A stretch of DNA of 64,000 nucleotides from Oopsacas minuta (taxonomy: Eukaryota > Animalia > Porifera). Below, piece after piece: positions 1-12,852 of this stretch (position 1 is the first letter of the stretch; each line of letters starts with the position of its first letter). The notes beneath the pieces were generated by a model. The model did not search any database. It was given only the letters and a program-made list of their open reading frames with translations, and was not told the DNA's origin. A program made the translations under genes and the position numbers. The stretch spans positions 1,389,460 to 1,453,459 of the forward strand of contig JAKMXF010000299.1 in the NCBI GenBank assembly GCA_024704765.1. The letters are read 5' to 3'.

Positions 1-1153
1 AAATGTATGTGATCTCTGATGAGAAATCTTGTTGAGTGTGTATTTGTTCTCACTTGACTTTGTCCAGTATCTCTATTGTTCGAAACACATTCTGTAAGAA
101 GGAGAATTTTATTTATCACTAGGTTATTCATCCAGCGAAATTCCTCATATCACTTATACCTTTAGCCCAGGCTGTTCACTAATTTTCCTTTCGCGGTTTC
201 GACTATTGGCGATAATATCTTGCTCTTGTTTCGTTATTCGCTACAAGTTCCCTTATATTACTCGCTTTTTTTCAATTGATTCTATTTTGGCAGTAACATT
301 TGTGTTTTGTTATAAACTCAAGTATATAACCACCATTCTCATTTAACTATTATCTTTCTTTTCGCGAATCGGGCATTCGCTGGAATTGTCAGGAACCACA
401 CTCCGCCAACAACGAGTTCAGAACAGGATTTCTTTCGGAATCCGAAAGAATTTGTTTTCCATTATGCTGTGTTTATACACTATGGATAATAATCGAAAAT
501 ATGCCATTTTTTCTCCATATTCTATCATTCACTTGGAAATTCAGAATTAAACTTCCCTATTAGCTATTGATCAAATTTTTTTCCAATAAAACCAAATTTA
601 GTCAAGACCCTTCATAAGACGATACTTCTTTCTAGATATCTGAACTAGAGAGATCCAGAGATTAAATGAGTTTGCGGTCTGACAAAGGTGGGATATGTTG
701 ATATACTAAGTTTTCTGATTCGTTTGGAAATCGATAAAATTTCCCATTGAATTCTGGGTTAAAATATAGACAGTTTGAGGCTATATTTCCAAATGCCATT
801 TTTTTTAATCATGATTCAAGTTTAGCAACGCCATCCTGCTCTAAACCTTTTTGTTACGTTACTTTTCGGTTGCTACATTTTCGTACCAACTATAGCATAT
901 TAAAAATAAGGCTTTCCACCTAATCTATTTTCCCTGGTTCATTGTTAAAAGCTAATTGGTATATTTTTGATGAGCAATTCTATAATTGCTGATAATAAGA
1001 AAATTTGTCCCAAATAGTGTATTAGACTCGTCAACGGGAATGTTCGTTCATGAAAAAGTGTATTCCTCTAGGGGATGTCGACTTTCCTGATTCGATAATA
1101 GTTTCTCTCAATCACCTCTAATTATTCAGTTATTGTCATTTCAATATTTTATA

Positions 1154-1959
1154 CTAGCGCGCTTCGCTTGCTCGTGCTACGGTGTTTACTAGGGATGGGA
1201 CAGATGTGAGATTTCCCAAATCCGCGGATGCGGATGTAAAGACGGAGCTGAAAAGTACGCGGAGCTCCACGGATGCGGAGCTCCGTCCCATCCCTGGTGT
1301 TTACGAACACAAAGTGTTCGCATGGGGCTCGGCACTTCGTGCATCGAATTGTGCAAAATAAAAGTAGCAACATATTCACATTTCGTCGGGAAAAATTTGT
1401 CTTTGTAGTCAACGTACCCGATTACCCCAGTATAACTGTTGAATGCAAGTTTCTGGGATTTATTATAATAATGTTCACTTGATACACCTAAAAACCAAAT
1501 ATTCACAATACGTTGTTGAATATATACTATTCGGATTTAGTGTACTTGGTTACCCCATATATCTATTGAGCCGAAGTCTTTGTTTATTTCGAGATTTCAA
1601 CTATTTGTTTCTTTATATTTATAAAACAGCGATAATATTGCATATGAAAAACTGGAAAATGCAAATTTGGGATTCAGCGTAATATGTTACCTTTCTGTAA
1701 CCGTTAAGAGCAAGCCTGTATATCGATTTTGAAATTTGCCTGATATTTTACATAGGATTAATTCGAAACTGTGACATCATATTCCGCTTATTCTATATAT
1801 TAAGTCAATGTTTTATTGAATTCTATATACTTTCTTGATTTCGAAATACACAGTTGTAGGTTTGCGAAATTCGATTTCATTTTGGTTTCCAAAATCCTTT
1901 GCTCTACAACGAGCAAATAGACAAACAAACAACCTACAATTGAGATTTTATCATATAGA
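1154..1959 (-). mobile_element. Non-autonomous Helitron-type element (about 0.8 kb, carries a nested hAT MITE)
   Basis: On the minus strand it starts A|TCTATATGATAAAATCTC followed by a GTTT repeat (1959) and ends in a GC-rich stretch followed by CTAG|T (1154). This is the TC...CTAG, A|T insertion pattern of Helitrons. Related fragments occur near 18760-18850 and 38690-38860. Confidence 0.6.
1190..1296. mobile_element. hAT-type MITE (107 bp)
   Basis: TIRs TAGGGATGGGAC / GTCCCATCCCTG, flanked by a perfect 8-bp target-site duplication GTGTTTAC (1182-1189 and 1297-1304). Confidence 0.85.
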
Positions 1960-3539
1960 TTTTGCATATTTTCAGAGAAAGTTAGGCTATGATTCAGGAA
2001 ATATATATTTATATAGTATGCAGGTATTCACTGCTAACTCTTCCGCCAAGTATGCCATAGAATGATTTTCGATCAGAATTCTCGAAATGAATCGGCACAA
2101 ATTTAATACCATAAATACATTCTATATACCCGAGTAATTATTCTTCTATATTATGCTTGTCATGGTGGGAATTCTATAATATGACACCTAATGCCTGAAG
2201 TGTCCTGCCACTTCTGCCAAGATAATTATTATCCTGAAATTATTCTAACTCCCTATCCATTTGGTTATTTTGCTCTTTAAATTGTTTTCCTATACAGGAA
2301 CATGTTTTACTGCTTGATGTAATTGTCTTACGCACGAATATATCAATTATCGCTCTCTACCTGGTGTGTCATTGACCTTTTCATATGATTGGAGTTCCCT
2401 CGGCCATTTTATGCGAATTCAACCTATGCAATTGTTTTAGGTTATCAACTTTCACGCTTTCTTTTGATATTGATTCAAGCGATTCGTAACTTTGGTTTTC
2501 AGGTAAAAGAGAAAAGACTTCCGTGTTTTGAATGTTTAAATGCCATCAGCTGAAATGTATTAACTAAATAATTTATTTCAATAATCTTTGAAGCAGCTAT
2601 AGACATTGAGAATCCGAAAGTGATATTCACAGCTGTTTACCTTACATTATAAATAATAATCAATTCCACAATGAAATCAGTGAATGGGAAGAATTAATTC
2701 CTGATAAACGTTAATATGAACAACAGATAGTGTAATTTCTGGACAATGCTAGGGGGAAAATGTAGATCTTCTTTAGTGATCAAGCAAAGAACTCCCATAT
2801 CGCTCATAAGCACACATTATTGTATTTCATTAACCTTGGACCTCAATCATAATGTTCCCTTTATTTATTGGTTGTTTATAACCTAAAATTCTGGTAAACA
2901 TACTAGTTGTCCCAAATACTTTTCATCCCAATGTCCAGAAGTCAGTAAAATCTATCTGTATTCTTCTAATAGAAAAACATATCAACTGATATTGCAGCGA
3001 ATATCTCCCGATAAATATATTCCTACTTTATCATTTGGAATTCAAATATTTAACAAATATAGAGAAAAGCTCGGTTCAATTCAAGTGCGATCTCAAGTCA
3101 CAAAACTTAATTGATGAAGTATCATTAAATGGTAAAATGGTTGTCTTTGGCGTCTTTGTAATTCTCGACATAATTCATGAATGGAGCAGCGCACAGTAAA
3201 AACAATTGCTTAAGAGGCGAACTTTCAATTTAAACGCCTTCAATTTATATATTCTGGCTTTAAGATACTACTGAAATCTGCGATTGTCAATTCCGCTTTT
3301 CACTTCAGACATTCTATCCTTAAGATACTCCTAAATTGCCATCTACGCCAACACTTCAACTGCATATATGTCATGGATTATAACGAAAGCTCAGAATAAT
3401 ATTCTTGCTAGCCGAACTGAGGCACGAAAAGTGACTGTTCTTCAGCCAAATATAACTCTTCGAATTTTCCAAAGTTCTTATTAGCAGAGGTAATACATAA
3501 TTACAAAAATTATGTTGGAAATATTTGCAGAGAATTATA

Positions 3540-4240
3540 TGCCCATCAAAAACAAAATATGTCTGCTAGCTAGATTGGCTAAATATCGGTATGTCCTAGA
3601 TGCTATGGATAAGCTGCCAATCATATTTGGGATTACAAAGAAGCGAAATGTGGAGGGAGTTTATCACTGAGTTCGCAGATCCTCCGTCGATGAGTGATTT
3701 GTCGATCACTTGCAATGTCTAGGTATTAGTCCAACATGTCCCAGAATATTGTGATTGTAGATTGTAAAACCGATAATGGTTTAGCATGGCCATTGAACAA
3801 GGGTTAGAAAGCATCCATCATATAGTCAATGGAATGTGGGATTTGTTTAGAACAAATCAAGAATACAAAATTGCCCTTTTCGATTAAATATTCTAGTGGT
3901 TTCTTACCTTTATCGTTTCCCTTAAATAGGTTCCGGTCTGATCATATAGACAGAAATTGATGGATATTGGGTTGTAGTTATTTGGAAGTTGTTGAAATCA
4001 GTGAACGCGAAGTAGATCAACATTTGGAGGATCACTAAATAGGAGAAATTGCAATTTTAATAAAAGCACTAGCAGTAGTACCAAAGATAGTTCCCATTTA
4101 AAAAAATCTTAATCAGATTCAACTTTTATCACTGATTCTGATTCTTTACTCTCAAATCTCAATTAATCCTGGACTTAATAGTGTTGTGGAAAAAGAAAAG
4201 TCTATTCCTGAAACTTCTATTTATCACTTATAAGATTAAT
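3540..4240 (+). pseudogene. Possible decayed Cys/His-rich (TRAF-type zinc-finger-like) gene fragment
   Basis: Stop- and frameshift-interrupted peptides DHLQCLGISPTCP, MECGICLEQIKNTKL and LGCSYLEVVEISEREVDQHLEDH resemble TRAF zinc-finger repeats. Recognised by eye only. Confidence 0.25.
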
Positions 4241-7200
4241 TATCTTACTGGTTATACAAATCGGACTATATATAGTAATAACGATTGACCGAGAGTTATG
4301 AGATGAATATTTGGCTTCCGAAACTTGGGTCTTCTGTAAATGTTATATTTTCTTATAGCAATGAGATATTTTTGTTTTACAATATGCGTATATAATACAT
4401 ATATATTAGCATACATGTATGAAACAAGATTCTGTAAGATGTTGAGTCATTTGGGAACAATATCCCGTAAGTCTGTAATTCAATTCGAAACCAAATGATC
4501 ACGCGATGAAATATTGCAAATAATTTTGATAATCTACAACAAGTGTATGATTTGAATTGGTATTACAGCGGATAGAACTCCAATCATGTGAGAAATCAAT
4601 GTATGCTAGTTAGAGATACATAATTGATATATTCGTGGCTAAGACACAGCAGTAAAATATGTTTCTTATAGGAAAAACATTTTAAAAAGCTAAATGAACA
4701 AAAAACCGAGTTAGAATCTTTTTAAGATTATCAATTTGTCCAAAGTGTCCTGACGCGTCAGACATTCGGTATCATAATTATAGAATTCCCACCATTGGTA
4801 AGTTGTAGATAGAAAACTATATTTACTTTTGTTGATAGAATGTATTTATGGCATCCACTTTTGCTGCATTTGGTTGTACCATTTCTAGCAAAGCGATGGG
4901 CCTATAGTCAATATGTTGGAGTTTCGTTGATGTCAGACACACAGTTTTCACACAATATGTTTACGCCGAACTAATGTACTCGTTCAACACCGACTATGAT
5001 GAATTGAAAAAATCATAATTGATGGGGTATGTTCTGAACAAAATATTTGATTCGTATGTTTTGATAAGGGTAAACTAGTTTGGTCATCACAGCATTATTT
5101 ACTGGAACCGTATGATAATTCTTTTGCTGGAAATATGTGAATATATGAGTTACAAATTTTCCAGGATATGATAATGACATATCTAGTGAGTTAGAAGCAT
5201 AATCTTACATTTATCATCTCTGCAGATGGGATAATTTTTACAAGATTGAATACAGAAAGGCAATATCGCCTAGAAGACAATAGTAGAAATGAAGCAGATA
5301 TACATACTTCACTAAAGAATTATCATTGAACACGCATATACTGTTTATAGATTACTACTTTCGAATCAATATCCGAAATTTCTAAACAAGTTGGGTTGGA
5401 ATAAGCACGGGATCCCGAAGAGAGTATAGAAATGTATTTTCGGCTACAGTTAATTCGGGCCTCTATAGTATATTAATTCGCTATGGAGAGTATCCCTCTA
5501 GTTTTTATATCAGTAGAACACAACCCACCTAAACAACATATATAAAATCTGATGCTTGATTATTGCTGAAATTCATAAAGGTGACGCCATTATTACGTCA
5601 ATAGAGTTAATTTTGGCAACAAAATTAGTTATTTTGATAATATATGGTTGAAGTTTGAATGACACCAGCATGTTATAATTATATATATACTTACATTATA
5701 TGCTGAACGTTGAAATTTACTGTTTCATACTAATCAAAAGCAAGTTATGTCTATAGTTTTCAATTCGCCTAATGAATATATTGTTCTATATTTATGATGA
5801 CTGATATTCCTGATAAAGGCTTTTATAGTACAGCGCAATCTCTATAATCGGGTCTCTATAGATATGGAACCTCTATAAGTGAGATTAATTGGGTTCACCT
5901 TCACTCACTTTCACAGAAACGAACTTCTGTTCCCCGGGGATCGTGGAATAGGGCAAAAATTAAAGATAATTGCAATATTGGGATTTACTACTCGTAAATT
6001 GTATTACACATTCATATATTCAAAATATCATTTTGTATGAAATTCTGCAGCTCACATATCTTACATAGAGTGTCAAAATCATCAACACTTGATGCCACCC
6101 AGGAACTAAAACAACCAGATTTGTAATATCTTCTTTATCCAGGCGGTTCGAGATGACTCATCAGTGGTAAAAAGCTTATTAAAAGCAATGTTTCCTTATG
6201 ATCCTTTCGACTTAAGATTCTGAGCAAATGTAGCTAGTATGACTCGAATACTGCCGCGAATATGTTTCATTTTGTGGTGTCCAAAAGATGCTGAAATCTC
6301 GATTTTGTGCAGGAATTAGTTAAAACAAAGTGTGAAAAGTTCCTTTTCGTTACGAACTTGACACATTGCTCCTAATTGGTAAATACCAAATAAGGATGAG
6401 GGTTGCTGAATGTCCTCTCTTCTGTAGCCCAACTAGATCATCACCAATGCGATTTGCTTTGATCTTTGGTATTCCTTCAAAATTCTTGGTTTTCGTATGT
6501 TTTGGCTTCTTTAGACGCGTTTTTGCGCGTGACCTATCTATTGTTCTTGATGAAGAATAACCCAAATGGTAGCAGTCTCGAGAATGTCAAAGTTTGTAGG
6601 TTGCTGACTTTATCCACCAATAAAGAATATTGGGGGCTGCTAGTCATAATCTTATATCGATTTTTGAAACTGACAACTCATATTGGCTCTATATATATAT
6701 ATAGTTGGGAAATTTCGTTTTTATTGATATCTCAAAATCATTAGTATTATTGGCATTTAATATCTTATTAGTGAATGTGAAGTCATGTGTCGGATTTCAT
6801 TGGTGATATTGGCGTACTTGAAATGTTTGTGTTTTATGAGTTTGTGCTGTTTTCACCTCTTTGGTCATTATCTTCATGGGAATGTTTATTGGTAGGGATT
6901 ATATTACCTTGGCCGGATGATTTTAGTATTTGTAATTACCAATACACCTAATCTAACTCTACAAACTATTTCCAAATCGAGATGACCTCATCTAATCGGT
7001 TAATTAGCAATTTATAATACATGCTCCTATTAATTGACTGTTTATCAAGTTATTCAAACTCGGTCAAGTCAATCAATGTATTTATGATTACGAAAATTTC
7101 CATCGAATTTATGGCCATTTTCATACAAAATTTCAAAATTTCATTTGATAATGTTTTCACGTTTAAGAATATAGTTGCAAAGAATGATGTCACATTTTTT

Positions 7201-8064
7201 GCTGATATTCAAAATACCGGACAATCCTTAATTGTATGATAAATTCGTGTGCGAAATATGCAAAAAATATATCCTATTTCTCGTACCCTGATAATTCATT
7301 TCAATACGATATCTCTGACGATTGACAAAATAATGCTCATATACGTTATAATTTATGACTGCGCAATACTCTTTGGATTATCCAATTAATGGGAATATTT
7401 GTTAATAAATTTGCTAAGTAAACAATCAGATGGCGTTATTTTGACTAGGGAATTTTATAGCGAGACATTATCTGTGTTATTAAATATAACTATCATATTC
7501 ATTCGGGCCGAATGTACTATATACTATTGTCGCTATTAATATACATACCCTTTTTGGTTAATGATAAAAGATTTGAAAGCAGCAAATACTCGCTAACCAC
7601 AAATATTTCAACTATGCCAATATCAGCAATGACATCAGAATACAATACTTTCCTTTCAACAATATTATATTCTATACTAGTGGTTCCCAAACCTTTTAGA
7701 ATGATGACCCCTTTGCCAAGGTTTAACGATACCTCCCCCCCCTGTCCCTTCTCAAAAGACATTGTAAAATAGATAGTGGAATTTGTGAACTGAAAATAGG
7801 AGTCTGAATTTCAGATCACAGATACCCCTCAATGTGGCAAATGTCCTGACGTCATGGTTCTGACCAAAACCTAACTCGTTATTGGATTATTAAGTCATCA
7901 TGGCAGTACAAAAAATACTCAAAACTTTCAAATTCGGAATTTCTAAATACATGGGGCACAAAGTTCCGAGATTACTAACCAAAATGGACAACACTACAGA
8001 AGTCATTGAATGTAATTTAGATGGACCATGGATAATTATTTCTTGTCTCGAATTCAAGATACTA

Positions 8065-9372
8065 CGAAGGGCACTCGAAAAGTTTTGTCGTTTGTTATTA
8101 AACCACACGTATTTTCTAATAAAATTATTTTATATACTTTTAGACGCATACTATTTACCTACACAACAAATTTCATCAGTTTATCTTTTGCACTTTTCGA
8201 ATTACTTGATTTCTAAAATCATGGCTTGTATGATTCCTCAACCAAAATCTGACCTCACAAAACGTGATTTTAGAGCGATGATTTTAATTTTGTTCGAACT
8301 TGAGAAGAGCCGTTTGGAAATACACGAAACTTTGCAGAAGCACTTCCCAAATATAGTTCCTTGTTTGAGAACAGTAGAGCGATGGTACTCAGAGTTCATT
8401 CATGGAAATTTTATTCTTGAAGATGGTCCCCGTCCTGCTAGGCCTAGTATTACACATACGGTCGAAAATGTAGAGCTGGTGTTGGACGAAGTAACAAAAG
8501 ACCCTCATGTTACTTACGCTCAGTTAGAACATGAAATCAAATTGTCACCGGGGAGTATAAACGTCATCTTATATAAAGAGCTCGGTCTTAGAAAGTTATG
8601 CGTATGTTGAATCCTGAATTCTTTGTCCTCCGATCAGAAAAAGTGCCAAGTGGACTTTTGCAAAATTATGCTCAAAAGATTTGTTAATGGAATTTCTAGA
8701 ACTGTTTCTGAAATACTCAAAGGCGATGAGATATGAATATACCACTATGATCCAGAAAAGAAGAGACAATCCAAGGAGTGAGTCGAAGAAGGTGGCTTAC
8801 CTCCAACAAACGCCCGGAGAATTAGATCAGTCGGAAAACAGATGTGGGCGATTTTCTTTAGAAGTAGTGGATTTGTTGAAGGAATTGCACTTGAGGATAG
8901 GAAGACAGTCACCGCTGATTGGTATACCACAATATGTCTTCCGAAAATATTCAGTACTATCGAAAAACAACGTGAGAAATCAGGTGTCCGAGGAATCCTG
9001 CTTCACCACAATAATGCTTCATCACATACAGCACTAAGAACTCGTGAGTTTTTAGTGAATTATAGGATCGGAACGCTACCCCACACACCCTACAGTCCAG
9101 ATCTAGCCCCTTGCGATTTTTGGTTATTCCCAAAACTGAAAGATCAACTTCGTGGGAGGAGATTTTTCAGCAATGAAGAGTTGACCAGGGCACTTTTCTT
9201 AGCAATTGAGGAGATACCCAAAGAAGAATGGAAAATGTGCTTTGATACCTGGTTTAAACGCATGAAAAGGTGTATAGAGTGTCATGGCGAGTATTTTGAG
9301 AAATGTGACCATATAGTATTTAATACCTACTATATAAGTATATGAACGATAAAACTTTTCGAGTGCCCATCG
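8065..9372 (+). mobile_element. mariner (DD34D) transposon, full length, defective transposase
   Basis: TIRs CGAAGGGCACTCGAAAAGTTTTGTCGT / ACGATAAAACTTTTCGAGTGCCCATCG with TA duplication. Transposase from ATG 8221 has an HTH region, then GDEI*IY, HHNNASSH and PYSPDLAPCDFWLFPKLK with 34-residue spacing. It carries three in-frame stops, a frameshift and a D>N change at the second catalytic Asp. Confidence 0.95.
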
Positions 9373-9470
9373 TATTCTTGAATTCGATTCAAGTGTTGCT
9401 GGAGTATATTCTGGTGCCTAGCTACGGATAACATTATAATATCAACCTGATTAATAATTTAGTTGGCCTG

Positions 9471-10380
9471 GGGCCGTATTCACTAAGCATACTTAAGTAT
9501 GTACTTAGTACTTAAGTACTAAGTACATGCTTAAACCGTATTCACTAAGATTTAAGCTCATACTTAAGTACAAAAGTTGAATGCCCTACCGCGGTTGCTT
9601 AAGTTATTCAAGCTCTATTTTAAGTTTCCAAACATATTATATTTATCGATAACATTGATGTGATCACTTCATCACTCGTTTTCTTTGATTAATTCATACT
9701 TTGATTATAAATTTTGATTTTCTATGATGTTACAATATGACTAAAAGGTATATCTAAAGCTGCTTCTATTGATCTATTTCTCAAATTCTCTACTTTTTAT
9801 GACGGTAATACTCTCTCTGCTCTTCAATCAGCTGTAGTTGAGTCGAGAATACTTCCATCTGTTTAAAGAGCACTTCTCGTTGCAGAGGAAGTAAATCAGA
9901 GACCGATGTTGACTGTTCAATGCTCCTCTTACGCCTAGGCCTTTCCTCTGGAAGACTTTAAGCTACAGTAACTTCTGGTCCCTTAAGCACTGGCGTTACT
10001 TCTCTGCTTTCGCTAATCTTGGTGTGTGAAGGCAATGGTGTTTGGGCTTAAAATATATCAACTTATTAGTATTATTGGACCAGGGATCGTCTTTCACCAT
10101 GAGATTTTAACTCATCTGTATTCAACGACTGTGAATTTGCAGGACATTCGACCAGGATCATTTCAATCACTAATTTGTCCTACTTGTACTCGTCAGATTA
10201 ACCCGAAATTAATATCATTTGGTAGAGGAGTGTTGGATGTTTATTCAAATATAATTTTCTAAATATTTTTTAACTTTTATACTTCTATTTTAGCCATAAC
10301 GTGTAAGGTTGCTTCTCTATTAACAAAGACGACTTAAAAGTGAGAATTCGAATCTGAAATTTGTGTCCATATTTCTGGCC
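9471..10380 (-). mobile_element. Probable PIF/Harbinger-derived remnant (one end only)
   Basis: Begins GGGGCCGTATTCACTAAG (core repeated at about 9536), followed by ACTTAAGT-rich palindromes. A minus-strand peptide DLLPLQREVLFKQMEVFSTQLQLIEEQREYYRHKK resembles the coiled-coil tail of Harbinger Myb/SANT ORFs. No second TIR was found and the right boundary is approximate. Confidence 0.4.
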
Positions 10381-11011
10381 CATGGAAGTTCATGAAAATC
10401 AAATTTCATCCAAAATTTATGTAACTCTAGGAGATACAAGTATTCAAAGTTGATGTCAGAGTTATATTGGAGGAGGTGATTATCATTTTACAAATGTAGG
10501 GTCAGTTCAAATTTATATTTGATGTTCCACTTGGAACTCAAACTATTATATTGTGATAACAATCGATAGCTGAGACATGGACTTATACCATTATGTCGCT
10601 ATAATCAAGAAATTCTGAAAGATACGGTCACAATGGGTTCTAAAATTGGCAAAATTCTCGTGTTTTATGTATTTTCGAAATTTCAATTTAGACTCAAATT
10701 TCAAAAATAATTCATATGCAGAATCGCCTGAAACTTTACAGGCTCCTTCTTTTATATTATACCATTCAATTTCCTTTAGCAACAACAGGGTCGCTAGTAC
10801 TTCTCTCATGGATATTCCCATAATATTATTTTGTGAAACTATGTTTGTCCACTTGCCGTATCATTATTCACATTGTCTCGTATAATACTAGACTATCTCA
10901 TAAGACTAATAAGTATGACTGTTATTTACGCATAAAGTAACACATGTTATAACTCTTATTTTGTTCCCATTCTAATGTTGCTAGAACAAACGAATAATGC
11001 ATCCGCATAAT
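10060..11011. repeat. Left arm of 952-bp inverted repeat
   Basis: Reverse complement of 11901-12852. The ORF track gives identical 79-aa and 76-aa translations from both arms, and I saw no mismatch in the stretches compared by hand. Confidence 0.95.
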
Positions 11012-11900
11012 ACTGAAATTGCGAATACTATTTTGTTTTTTCTCCACCACTATGAAATACACATATTGACAAATGATCATATATCTACCTCGTTCTTATT
11101 GAATCATACTTCAGTATTTCTAAAATATTTGTTTAGATTATGTAATGACAAAGACATTACTGTAAGAGATAGTATCGCTGTTGTAGAATTGCTTTGGGAT
11201 AGTACAACATAATATTTTTAATTACGAAACTAGGTTAAAGGCCGCAGCTCGAAATACGTAATATAGATGACAGAATTACAGCATTCAAATTTGCTTTTAC
11301 AACATTAGCAAGTAAAGTATTAAACATAATTTGAAAAGAAGTTGTGGAAATTGAGAAAGATTTGTAGGGACGAGTGGTCCAAAGGGAAAGGAGCAAATTA
11401 AGTTATATTAATCCATCAAAGAATAAAATACAAACGGTGTTTAGTAGTTTTATTACAAATACGTCACATATCCATCTGAATTCTATAGGATGTTCTAATC
11501 TAAGTATCAACAAAGACATGTTATCCAATATTCTCCTTTTTGTTCTGGGCATGAAATATATTGCCAAAGTGAGATCAAGGTAATTATACATTCCACCTAC
11601 TAATACTTTGGCAGGGAATGATGTAGAACTTAATTAATCAATATTTAATAAGGCATTTATTGACAGAAGAATTATTCATAACAATTGTGATGATTGTTAT
11701 GAGTAAACCGGAACGAAAGAATGGAAGAGTTAGAACAGGTAGTCATTTTATCTAAATGTAAATTTAGAGTGGGTGAAGTTACCCGTTTTGAAAACTGTGA
11801 TAACCTCTCAGTTGCATTATCGCGTGAGAATTGTATTTTAATACAAATGTAATATGAAGATTGGACTTAAGAATATTAGATATATCAAAAATGGATGAGA

Positions 11901-12852
11901 ATTATGCGGATGCATTATTCGTTTGTTCTAGCAACATTAGAATGGGAACAAAATAAGAGTTATAACATGTGTTACTTTATGCGTAAATAACAGTCATACT
12001 TATTAGTCTTATGAGATAGTCTAGTATTATACGAGACAATGTGAATAATGATACGGCAAGTGGACAAACATAGTTTCACAAAATAATATTATGGGAATAT
12101 CCATGAGAGAAGTACTAGCGACCCTGTTGTTGCTAAAGGAAATTGAATGGTATAATATAAAAGAAGGAGCCTGTAAAGTTTCAGGCGATTCTGCATATGA
12201 ATTATTTTTGAAATTTGAGTCTAAATTGAAATTTCGAAAATACATAAAACACGAGAATTTTGCCAATTTTAGAACCCATTGTGACCGTATCTTTCAGAAT
12301 TTCTTGATTATAGCGACATAATGGTATAAGTCCATGTCTCAGCTATCGATTGTTATCACAATATAATAGTTTGAGTTCCAAGTGGAACATCAAATATAAA
12401 TTTGAACTGACCCTACATTTGTAAAATGATAATCACCTCCTCCAATATAACTCTGACATCAACTTTGAATACTTGTATCTCCTAGAGTTACATAAATTTT
12501 GGATGAAATTTGATTTTCATGAACTTCCATGGGCCAGAAATATGGACACAAATTTCAGATTCGAATTCTCACTTTTAAGTCGTCTTTGTTAATAGAGAAG
12601 CAACCTTACACGTTATGGCTAAAATAGAAGTATAAAAGTTAAAAAATATTTAGAAAATTATATTTGAATAAACATCCAACACTCCTCTACCAAATGATAT
12701 TAATTTCGGGTTAATCTGACGAGTACAAGTAGGACAAATTAGTGATTGAAATGATCCTGGTCGAATGTCCTGCAAATTCACAGTCGTTGAATACAGATGA
12801 GTTAAAATCTCATGGTGAAAGACGATCCCTGGTCCAATAATACTAATAAGTT
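11901..12852. repeat. Right arm of 952-bp inverted repeat
   Basis: Reverse complement of 10060-11011. The spacer 11012-11900 (889 bp) is unique. Confidence 0.95.

Noticed and set aside
6300-7700. Minus-strand peptide scraps resembling a MORN repeat (YENGHKFDGNFRNHK) and an RNF213-like NPHPYLVF motif
   Set aside because: Single short motifs in stop-riddled frames with no supporting neighbouring motifs. Not distinguishable from chance.
8608-8783. TGA at three expected Trp positions in the mariner transposase (and in other elements), suggesting a TGA=Trp genetic code
   Set aside because: SPT16 exons and most transposase Trp codons use TGG. TAG also replaces Trp (for example about 35024), and CGA>TGA changes occur. 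Ordinary transition decay explains the pattern.
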